This document shows positions 9,971 to 21,900 of a DNA stretch of 64,000 nucleotides, in pieces. Every line of letters begins with the position of its first letter. Position 1 is the stretch's first letter. The notes below the pieces were generated by a model. It did not search any database. It was given only the letters and a program-made list of their open reading frames with translations, and was not told the origin of the DNA. Both the position numbers and the translations under genes were made by a program. The stretch comes from Dimorphilus gyrociliatus (taxonomy: Eukaryota; Animalia; Annelida), in NCBI GenBank assembly GCA_904063045.1, contig CAJFCJ010000006.1, positions 3,798,408-3,862,407 on the forward strand. Direction: 5' to 3'.

Positions 9971-12900
9971 ATGTCCAGTGAGGAGGATAAAAATGAAAAA
10001 ACCGTTGACTCGGTTGAAGAAGTAATGAAAATGCCGGGCAATGATGAGTTGAAGTTCGGTGTACTTATCGGTCTCGTCAAAGTGCAGCAGGCATCTAATA
10101 AGGATGTAGTAGATGCAGTTCTTAATTTGGTATGTGGTATTTAAATCTAAAGTTTTCGATTGCGTGGCAAAGTCACAGATTGGGTATAACTTTATTGGCC
10201 CCTGACCTAGGGCGACCCCACCCTATATAGAATTTAGCAATCGAATAAATAAGATTCCTAAGCGACTCCCAATTCTAAATTCTATTTCGAAAACCGACAA
10301 GCATCTTGCAGTCTTAACGATATCAGAAATCGGTTGGTTAGTCATCAGCGCAAGAGTTTAGAATAGTAAAAGTTTTCTTCATTTTTAACTAAATCCCGCA
10401 TTTCTCTGCACATTCAGGCGTTAATTTCACTTTGCATTGATTAATTATTCAGTTGCTCTCTGTTTTTTTAACGATGCGAATAAAATTGCCTGTCGAAACG
10501 TGTTATCTGGGTAGACCAATATCCACATCAATCCTGCTTAAACGGAACAGATTGATCAATCCCCTGCGCATTCTTTAGCGTTTCTAATGATAGTGCGATG
10601 CACGGCTGTCAGTCGATTAGTTTATTATTAATTTGGATTATTGATTTTTCCATTATTGATAAGCGAAATCTTTCTACAGCTTGTCGGAGGTACATTCGAA
10701 CTAGAAAGTAATTTTATCATTAGAGATGCAGAAAATATATTGCACATGGTTGAATTGCTGGAATCTTGTTCTCAGACTTTACAGGTTAGTTAGACTTAAT
10801 ATAATGTTTATTATTGACGTGTTCAATATTCTTGACGGAAATTGAATATTTACTGATAGGCTGAGATTTGGAGTCACTTCACGGCAATTGTAAGAAAATC
10901 CCAACGTAATGTCCAAGCCTGCACTGAAGTCAATCTAGTCAGTGAGGTGTTAGATAAATTGAGGACGGCTGGTGATGTTATAGCTCAGTTACTATTGGAA
11001 ATACTATCAGTTTTGACTTGTTACTCTATAAGCGTACCACAGCTTCGTCAAGTATTCTCATTACTACAGGTGAACACAAAGACAAAAACATGGGTAAGTA
11101 AAAAAGAAAATAAAAAACTAGATGAAATGTGACTAAATGATTAATTATTGCTCAAGCAATTATAAACAAATGAAATTAATAATGAAATTTCTTTTTGTAA
11201 TTAGCCACGGTATTCGGTACAATTATTACAAGTTTTGCGGCAAATGCCCAAGAGACACGGTCCAGACGAATTTTTCAGCTTTACTGGAAATTCAAAAGCG
11301 GTAGGTCTATTTGAATAATTATAGGCTAAAAATGTCTCTCGGTGTAGATCTATTGTCATTGACAATCAAGAATTGTTAAGGTCGGGAATAAGGAAATGTC
11401 TGACGTTTTCGCTTGTAAATTGTGTGACACAGATTTTATAGATAAGGATCCGCGTATCCTTCCTTGTTCTCACACTTTTTGTAAGGAATGTCTAGAGGAG
11501 CAGTTTTCTGAAAGTTCCCTTAATAGCTGTGACAGTTTTTTGTGTTGGACTTGTAAGAGGAGCGTTGAATGGCCTCTTCTGGGGGCTAGCGGATTTCCTG
11601 AAAATGTGTACGTGAAAACTAATGAAGCCAAACAATATACGAATAACTCTAAAGATTCAATTACACCTAAGATGGACCTGATTGATAAAGAGAAAGAAGA
11701 GATCTTTGATGAAATAGACAAGCATGAGAGAGAGGTTATGGAGCAGGTTAAAGATATGATATGTAAACTAAAGCTAGATGCTAAGGAAATATACAGACAA
11801 AAACGTGAAAAACAAGCGAGGTGTAGAGATGCTATCGCATCAAAGGTATTAACGTCATCTAAAGATTCTTCTAATCGTCTTATATTCTCTGAAAAAGCCA
11901 TTTTAGAAAAAAACATAAAGCTAAGCAGTAGAGTCGTTAGAGTACACCCAGAAGCTTGTAGTTCAAGTGAAGAAAAGTTTACCAACAGGATTAAAACGGA
12001 TTGCAGAATTTTAGATATTCATGTGACCAACCGGGAGATCCTTTTATTGTTAGAGTCTAATGAGTTACGAAAATTAACAAAAGATGGAAAAGCCTATAAT
12101 ACTTTGAAAATAAGACTATTGAAAAAAATTACAAGGGATGGTTGGATGACTGAAAAAGACGATTTGATTGGTTTGGGTAATGGTGAATCGAAGGAGTTAC
12201 TTTTCTTTACTAGGCACCAGTTGTTTAAACAGGACGAGCTTAGCACCTCGGAGGATTTTATTTTAAAACCAATCTTTACCGAAAAAGCTTTAACAAGCGT
12301 TTACGTTTCAAACAATAATATTTTTGTTATATCATTTGATCATATTTATAAAATAGACTTTGACGGATTTATTTGTTGGAAGAAGCAAATTTGCAACAAA
12401 ATTTACTTTCCCATCAACCAGAATAAATTGTTTGTAATGGATCAGAACGGTTTGCATTTATTACTTGTAAACTGCGTCAGCAATTTAGAAAGGGTTAAGA
12501 ATAGAGAACTACAAAGTTATTTCTACTATATTACAAAGTCGTTTGCGTTATTTGATGATAAGTTTGTAGTGGTTTGTCAAAAACTTCGTTGTATTCTTGT
12601 TTTTATTACAATTGAAGACAATTGCTGTAGACTCAGCAAAAGAATTGATCTTTTGTATGAACCGTCTTGTGTTAGTGTTGATATTTTCAGAAGAGGCTTA
12701 TACGTTATTGAAAAATTGCAGGATAACTCTATAATCAACTTTATTGACTTGACTATGTTTTTATGAGTCTACGACAAATTAATCTAGAAAATACATAGAC
12801 TTTTTATGCATATTTTACAGGGTATTGCATTACCACCATTAGCTAAATGGCCTTATCAAAACGGCTGGACATTTCATTGTTGGATAAGGCTCGACCCTGT

Positions 12901-15900
12901 AACGGGGATGACGATTGAACGAGAACGTCCATATCTTTATACGTTAGTCAATAATCGTTTTCCTCAAACTAAACAAGTAAAGTAAAATTCTTCCACACAC
13001 TAATTTAACAGATTCCGAACAAGCAAAGGCATAGGATATTCTGCCAATTTTCTTGGCTCTGCTCTTGTTATAACATCTATGAAAATAAAAGGTAAAGGGT
13101 TTCAACATTGTCTCAAATACGATTTTGTACCCCGAAAGTGGTTTATGGTCTCAATTGTTCACATTTACAATCGCTGGAGCCGTAGCGAAGTAAGAGCGTA
13201 TGTTAATGGAAAATTTGTATCTTCAACGGAAATGTCTTGGTTTGTCAACACCAATGATGTATGTATACAATAAAAAGGAATATATCCCGTGAAGTTTTCT
13301 GAGCTTAAATCATTCACCATTTTGTTTAGGCTTTTGACAAGTGTTACATAGGTGGTACACCAGAATTGACAGAAGATACTATGTTTTGCGGGCAAATGAG
13401 TTCCGTTTATCTTTTCAACGAAGCCCTAACGGCACAACAAATTAGCTCTATTTACATTCTTGGACCCGGTTATAAGGTTAAATTGTAAAATTTTTACCAA
13501 GCGATGTATTATATATAAATAATTTATTTATTACAGAGTCAATTTCGTCTAGAAACTGAGAGTGGCTTGTTGTTAGATGAGTCTACAAAAAAAATATTAT
13601 ATGATGGCAGATTGTCAAATACGGTAATAATAACAAGAATTATATACATATTTCTTAGCAACTTTTTTCAAAACTAATATTTGCTTATGTTTGTTTTGTT
13701 AGATTGTGTTTATGTATACTCCGGTATCGTGCGATTCGCAGTTATGTTTGGAGAGTTCGCCTAAAGGAAATACCAATTATTTCGTCCATACTCCTCACGC
13801 CTTAATGCTAGAAGACGTGAAAGCTGTTGTGACTCAATCGATTTACAAGACCCTGCATAGTATAGGAGGTATACAGATACTTTTCCCTCTGTTTTCTCAG
13901 TTGGATAAATCGCAAAGCGACAGCGAAGGAAAACCAACAAAACCGGATTTTAGCGTCTGGTAAGTAGAAAAGAAATGTATTTACTCCTTTCTTTATTAGA
14001 CCGTTTCCTATCGACTAACGAATTCTCAACTTTCTTTTCCCTACGGTACAGCTCAACACTGATGAGCTTGATGTGCGATTTATTAGAAGGATCAGTGAAT
14101 ATACAACAGCAACTCGTGCAAAATAAAGGTTTTCTAGTTATATCATATCTATTAGAAAAGGTATAGACATCAAATATGAATAGTATGCAATTAATTAAAA
14201 CTTTCTTATCTAATGAATACAGTCTCAAAGGGAGCACCTTACCGAAGATGTTTTAGATTGTTTCTTGAATTTAACGCAATATTTAGTTGTTCAACCAACC
14301 GGTGGTCCGTTGTTAAGGCATTTATTCGACCATATCTTATTTAATCCGGCACTATGGATATATTCCCCATACAAAGTAAGGATTTTTTTCTTTTAATCTT
14401 TCTAATCCGGTGGTAATTTGTAAAATTCCTTTTCTAATTTCAGGTTCAATTAAAACTCTATAGCTATTTGTCCACCGAATTTATACAAGACGCTCATATT
14501 TATAGTAATATTCGTCGAGTTTCAGCCTGTTTACAATCTATGCATTCATTAAAATACTACTATTGGGTTATCCATCCTCTCGATAGATCTGGCATACATG
14601 CCAGAGGAAACGATGGCCCTAGACCAACGAAGAGTGAAATGCAAATTTTAAGAGCTTACATTATTTTGTATGTTAAACGATTAGTACTTAGAGTACCAGG
14701 CGTCCATGAAGACGAATTACAAGCAATCCTTAATTATCTATCCACTATGCACGAAGATGAGAACATACAAGTATATTTTATTTGAATATTTATTCACCCA
14801 GATACTAGATTATTTATTATTATTATTTAGGATGTTCTACAATTAACTGTAAGCTTAATGTCGGAGCAGCCAGCATCTATGGTTCCTGGTTTTGATCGAA
14901 AGCACGGGATTAAAACTGTATATAAACTGCTTGCTTCAGCAAACGAAGCGATTAGAATTCAAGCTATGAAGTTATTAGGATTTTTTCTAATGAGAAGTAC
15001 TCATAAGTAAGTTGATGTATTTTAATTTTAATTCGTCGCAACCATTTAGAATTATTATCATTAATAATAAAATACTTTATACATGTATATTAACATATAT
15101 ATATATATCTATATATTTTAATTAAAAGGAGGAAACACGATGCCATGAGCCCTCACAATCTATTCTCATTACTAACTGATAGGCTTATGTTAAATGCCGA
15201 TACACTTTCTATGGCGACATACAATGTCTTATTCGAATTGCTAACTGAAAAAATGACAACACAAGTCATGACGGAAAAACATGCCCAAATAGATGCTAAT
15301 TGCCGTATTGAGAATTCCCGTACGTATCCTTGTTACATTATTCAAAGCTCAAAAGGATTTACCCTACTAATTTACCTCTCTTTCTTTTGCTTTTTTTCGC
15401 TCTTTAGTCGTTTTGAAAGTTATAGCATCGCTAATTCGTCAATCGACACAAACTCACGAAATTCTTTTAGTAAAGAGAGTATTCTTAACCGATTTAACGA
15501 TGCTTTGCCAAGATAGTAAGGACAACAGAAGGTTAATAAAATATTTGTAAATCTACGCAATCTTATTTATTAATATTATATATCAGGACCATACTTCAAA
15601 TGTCAGTATGGCAGGATTGGTTATTTTCTCTTGCTTATATTTATCCTAAAGCAACAATTGAAAAAGAAATAACCAAATTAGTTATGGAACTATTTAGAAT
15701 GTTGTTACATCATGCCATAAAATTCGAATACGGAGGCTGGAGAGTTTGGATTGATACACTTGCTATTGTTCATTCTAAAGTATGCTATTTATATTCACCG
15801 TGTAATAATTCATTTAAGCAAAGAATTTATTAAATTACTTCCTTTTAACACAAGGTTTCTTACGAGGATTTTAAGACTCATATGAATCAAGTTTATGACG

Positions 15901-18900
15901 ACTACGAAAAGCAAAAAGTCGATAATGTTTCTGACCCAGAAATACGTAGTCAAATGCCGATCTCTACAATCTCGGGGGTTAATGATAATGGTCACAGTGG
16001 GCCAACTATATCCGAATTAAAGGAAACCACTGAATCAGGCGCTCAATATGAAGTAAACGAAGAGAATCAGCAAGAAGATAATGAAAGGAAAACAAACGAA
16101 GAGGTAGAAAATGAGATAGAAAAAGCGCTTGAGAAGGAGAGTTCTGACGATGTCGAAAACAAATCAGAAGAAATTAAGGACGAAACAAAGGAAGAAGAGG
16201 TTAACGACCAGAAAGCCGTTGAAGAGAACTCAGAAACAGAGAGTACAGAGAAAAAGGGTCAACTAGATCAAATCGATGAAGAAAAAGACAGAGAGGCAGC
16301 AGAAAAAGAGCCTGTTCCTGAAAAAGACCCAGATGCATATGAAATTCTAGGATTTGATCCAACTATTGTTCAATTTATGAATGATTTAGTAAAAATAGCA
16401 AAGGATAGGGAGGCAAGGAAACTGGAACAGTCAAAAGCAGAAAAGTCCAAAGAAAGCGAAGAAGACGAAGAAGAAATTGATGGCGCAAGATCGTTACCGA
16501 GTCCGTCAGAACCAGCCTCTCAAGCTGAACAAGTAGCCGCAGAGAAAGAAACTGCTATAACAAATATGAAAGATTCTGCTACTGGGCCTGAAAGACCAGG
16601 CGAATTCCCCAAACAACAAGCATCATCAACGAAAAAAGAATCCAAACAGCATATCTTTAGTCCAGGACCAAGGGCTCCTCCCTTTAGAATTCCAGAGTTC
16701 AAATGGAGTTATCTGCATCAAGAATTATTGAATAATGTTTTATTCTCATTGGAACAAGACGTTGCCGCATGGAAATCGTACGTTAATTAAGTTTTAATTA
16801 AAAACAGGAAAACAAACTTATTTTGTATATTATTTTTCTTTTAGACATCAAACAAAAAACGTGATTGATTTTGTAAATGCCACAGAAAATCACATGTTCG
16901 TTGTTAACGTGACACACATGATCTCTCAATTAGCAGATACTCTAATTACGGCTTGTGGTGGTTTACTACCCTTACTAGCTGCCGCTACTTCACCATCTGT
17001 AAGTATTTTCAATCAATATAATCTTCTTGGCTCTTTTTTTTGATAGATTTCTTTATTTTATTAGGGAGAAATAGAGATGCTTGAGCCTGCCCAAGGACTA
17101 TCCGTGGAACAAGCAGTTTCTTTTCTTTTGCGTATAGTCAACTTAACTGATATACTAGTATTTGCCAGTTCTTTAACTTTCTCAGAGCTGGAAAGTGAAA
17201 AAAACATGTCAGCGGGGGGAATACTTCGACAATGTCTGCGTCTAGTTTGCGCCTGTGCAGTTCGCAATTGTTTAGAATGTAGACAATTGCAAAAAATGAA
17301 CGAAAAGTCTATTAAACCAGCGTCAAATGGTTTGGACATAATATATGCCTTAATGAAAGGAGCACAATTGTCTGTAAAGGTTAGCGCCTTAAACGATAAG
17401 CAAGCTCCAGTAAAGGATAGTCATAAACTACTACAAGATATGGATATAAATAGGTTGAGAGCAGTTGTCTACAGAGATGTTGTACGTATTTCGAATATTC
17501 ACGTTTCTCGTTAAAGATTACCGTATTATTTATTAATTAAAAACAGGAGGAAACAAAGCAAGCTCAATTTTTATCATTGGCCATTGTCTATTTTTGTTCA
17601 GTTTTAATGGTATCGAAATATAGAGATATATTGGAGCCGCCATCAACTCCAGCAACGCCAGCGAGAGGAAAATCTCTTGGCGCTTTGACAGGTAGTAAAT
17701 ATTTATGATTGTTTAATTAATTATTTCTTAAATAAGCAAAATTCACGTATAAATGCATTTTTGCTAATGTATATTCTATATTTCTTTATATAATATAAAC
17801 AGTATATTAATACTTATATATATATATATATACTTATGTATCATTTTATTAAATGTATTTTATTTCCTTATTTTCTCCAAATAACCTGCCTCTGCTGCTT
17901 CTTTTCTTTTTAAAAAGCAATTTTTTTATTAAAGCATATGGCGCTTGAACGAATTTTTTTCGCTTCTGTTCGTTTTACGCTTCCCAATTTTTATTCTTTC
18001 AATCAGACGGTCGATTGGCGTCTAGTGATGGCTCGATTTTTACACAAATTGTTGATGGTTTAAAGACGTGTAAAGAAAAAATTGAAGGAAACGAAGGTTG
18101 AACATGTAAATCGCTGTTGTCAAAAAAAAAAATCCAACGAAATATTTTTTCTCTTTTCCTTTTTTTATCAACAATATTTTTCAACTAAAATTATTTATTT
18201 ATTTTGTTGATAAACACAATGACGAACACAGTCAAAATTCCCCTCTTTTTGTTTGTTTGTTTGTTTGTTAATTATCTTAATTACAGTTTTACTGCACGCC
18301 GCTTCTTTTACAATTACAATTAAATATATTTATTTAAATATCACTTTATATATATATTAATTTATTTTTAGTATTGAATTTACAATTTCACTTCATCTAT
18401 TCTTTATTGTTGAGTTTATATCTTATATTTTTTTCATGTTTATTCTTACAGAAAACGGAAATAGTAAACAGCCATATCAAACTACTGACGACAGCGGTAG
18501 AAGCGAAGAAGTATCTTTGGATAATGTTTCGAGTGATAAAGACTCTGAATCGTGTTCCCCCAAAGCAACTGAAGAGGATGGCCAAACAAAACAAAAAGCA
18601 GAAACTAAAGAAAATGGTGATGTTTCAACTGAAGAAGCAACTAAAGAACAAACAAACGTTGATAAGAAGGCTGGAGGGGATAATGGACAAGAAGTAATAG
18701 ATGACAAATTAGAAAATTCTCAAGAACAGAGTGCAGCGAATTCCGAGAAACAAGAGGTTAGTAATACTTCAGAGATTAAGGAAAATGACAAAGAAAATGT
18801 ACCTGAAAAGGAAATGGAACAAGAAAAAGAAGATAGTATAGAAAAACCAGAAAGCACGAAAAAGGAGGGAGAGAATGAAAAGGAGACTGAAAGAGAAAGT

Positions 18901-21900
18901 GAAAAACCAGCCGAAAAAGAGCCAGAAAAAGAACAATCAGAGGAGAAGATATCTGAAAATGATGAAGGAAATCAAACCTCACAAGAGAATAACGTCGAGA
19001 AAGTGGAACAAACCAAAGCTGAAGAAACAAAACCAGAAAATGCAACATCAAATAATATAACAGAAACTGAACCAAAACCCAACGAACAAGCAAACAAAGT
19101 GTTTGACGTAAAAGAACAAACTCAAATTGCTGAGGACTCTAAAGAAGAAAGAGATGAGGACAAAGATGCACCAGCTGCTATTTCAGCCATATCTGTTTCA
19201 AGTAATGCTACCTCGGAAGCTAGACCTGAGAATCTACAGTTGTCAATGCCAGCTAACCTCGATAACCTACCTCCACCCAAAGACCCAGCCACATTAACAG
19301 CTCGACTCGAAAAAGCTTTAGATTCCATAGCTCCTTTATTACGAGAAATTTTTGTAGATTTTGCACCATTTTTGTCGAAAACTCTCTTGGGATCACACGG
19401 TCAAGAATTATTAGTTGGTGGCTTGGTTACTCTTAAGCAAAGTACCTCCGTTGTAGAACTAGTTATGTTATTATGCTCTCAAGAATGGCAAAATTCATTG
19501 CAAAAACACGCCGGTTTGGCATTTATTGAGTTGGTTAATGAAGGTAGACTTTTATCTCATGCAACTCGGGATCACATTGTTAGAGTTGCAAACGAAGCCG
19601 ATTTTATTTTAAATAGAATGAGAGCCGACGATGTACAAAAGCACGCAGAGTTTGAGGTAAGTCATAAAAGCACAGCTATTCATGTTAAAAGGAGAGGCTT
19701 TAAAATCGTTTTCCTTTCATATAGACACTCTGTGCTTCCGTTCTCGTTGATAGGCGAGAGGAAGAGAAGCTTTGTGATCATTTGATAACATCTGCACGAA
19801 GAAGAGATCACGTAATAGCTTGCAAACAAAAAGACAAAGTTATTAATATTATGTCAAATAAACATGGCTGCTGGCTCCCAGAAAGTCCTAACAAGTATTA
19901 AAATCAATTTTTTATTTAATTAATATAAAAGAAATCTTTTTTTTATCTATTTAGGCAAGACTTTTTCAAGTTAGACACGTGGGAAGATGATTCAAGAAGG
20001 CGACGTCGTATGATTAAGAATAGTCAAGGATCGTCTCACGTTGAAGCAGCCCTAAAAGCCGCAATAGAGCACGGTGCACCAGAAGATGCCATAAACGCCG
20101 CAAGAGAAGCTTTCCATGCCCATTTATCTGCTAATCAAAAGGTGCAGCAACAAGCTCACGATACTACAGCCGATGAAGATTTGTCGTTGATGGACGAGAG
20201 GGAATTAGATGCCGAGTTTGCGGGTAAGTAGTTTAGCCTATTTTTTTTATGTTTTAAACAATTTATAACGGTTTATTAGAAAAGATTGCTAAGATTTCTA
20301 AATTATTTATCATTTCCAACTAATCATATTGAACAGGCAAATTGGATCAGAATGGCAAAGAGAAATCAAGTAATAGTTGTCACAATTTTTTGTAACACTT
20401 ATTTTCATTTTGCTAGTAACGTTAAACTTGTTTCTTCTTGTTAACAAGAACGCAAATTAGTTTTCTAAAAAACAAAAAGAAATTCAAATTTATATAATTA
20501 AAAAAAAAAAAGAAAAACTACAAAACAAAACTTTAAAGATATTTCCATTAAGAATAAGAGAAAAGTTATCTTTAATGTTCATTTTGCACGATTAATAGAT
20601 ATTTTCTAGTTGTTTATATTAACGATGTTGTTATTTTTCTTTTATAATAATTTTACTTTTAATTGTCGATACGACGAATAGATAAAATATAAATTGTAAA
20701 ATTTTTTCTTTTTTATTAATTAGGTCCCGTTGCTCTTTCAACTAAATGTAAATTATTATCTTTGGGATATGGAATCGTTGGAACGATGTCAATAACCAAA
20801 TCAGAATTATATTTTGAGATTGACGATGATCATCCGGATAATAAGAATTTGGACCAAAAAGTTTTACAATACGTTGATCATTTACACGGCAAATGGCATT
20901 TTACTGAAATTCGAGCGGTCTTTTCACGGCGTTATTTACATCAAAATCTAGCCTTGGAAATTTTTATGGCCAGTCGTACGGCTATTATGTTTGCTTTTCC
21001 AGATCAAGCCACCCTCAAGAAGGTAATAGGAGCTCTTCCTCGGGTTGGAGTTGGAGTAAAGTATGGCTTACCGCAAACTAGACGGGTTTCTGCTGCTCAG
21101 CCAAAAATATTATTCAATAAAAGTAATATGACATCGAAATGGCAAAGAAGAGAAATTTCAAATTTTGATTACTTGATGTTTTTAAACACGGTTGCCGGTA
21201 GGACATATAACGATTTGAATCAATATCCTGTTTTTCCATGGGTAATAGTCAACTACGAATCTAACGAACTGGATTTGTCCTTACCGAGCAATTACAGAGA
21301 TCTTTCACGGCCTATCGGAGCGTTAAATCCGACAAGAAAGGCGTTTTTCGAAGAACGATACCAAACTTGGGAACACGATGATATTCCTCCTTTTCATTAT
21401 GGTACTCATTACTCAACAGCAGCCTTCACTTTGAATTGGTTAATCCGTCTAGAACCATTTACAACTGCATTCTTATCGCTGCAAGGTGGAAAATTTGATC
21501 ACGCTAATAGAACCTTTCATTCAATTCCAACCGCGTGGAAAAATTGCCAAAGGGATACGTCAGACGTTAAAGAACTAATTCCCGAATTTTATTACTTACC
21601 TGATATGTTTACAAATTCGAACAAGTATGATTTAGGCGTACTGGAAACGAATGACAAAGTTAACGACGTTGAACTTCCGCCTTGGGCGTCTAGTCCTGAA
21701 GATTTTGTCCGAAAGTTACGTTTAGCCCTTGAAAGCGAATATGTTTCTTGCCAATTACATCAATGGATCGATTTAATTTTTGGTTATAAGCAACGCGGAC
21801 CAGAAGCCCTTAGAGCTACTAATGTCTTTTACTATTTGACCTACGACGGAGCTGTTAACTTGGATTCAATAAGTGACGCTGTTATGCGTCAAGCGCTTGA

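Noticed and set aside
10130-10679. Relatively GC-rich 550-nt first intron of NBEA; possible ncRNA or alternative promoter
   Set aside because: No tRNA cloverleaf, snoRNA box pair or convincing ORF was recognisable by eye
11470-11985. 171-aa antisense ORF opposite the RING gene, and similar shadow ORFs (2231-2503, 18477-19328, 27401-27832, 45237-45551, 57777-57998)
   Set aside because: Antisense or alternative-frame by-products of long coding regions, with no motifs
15882-19785. Long acidic ORFs (302 aa and 449 aa) as separate genes
   Set aside because: Both run directly into conserved neurobeachin sequence (FRIPEFKWS; [15 protein letters not shown]) and are low-complexity NBEA exons
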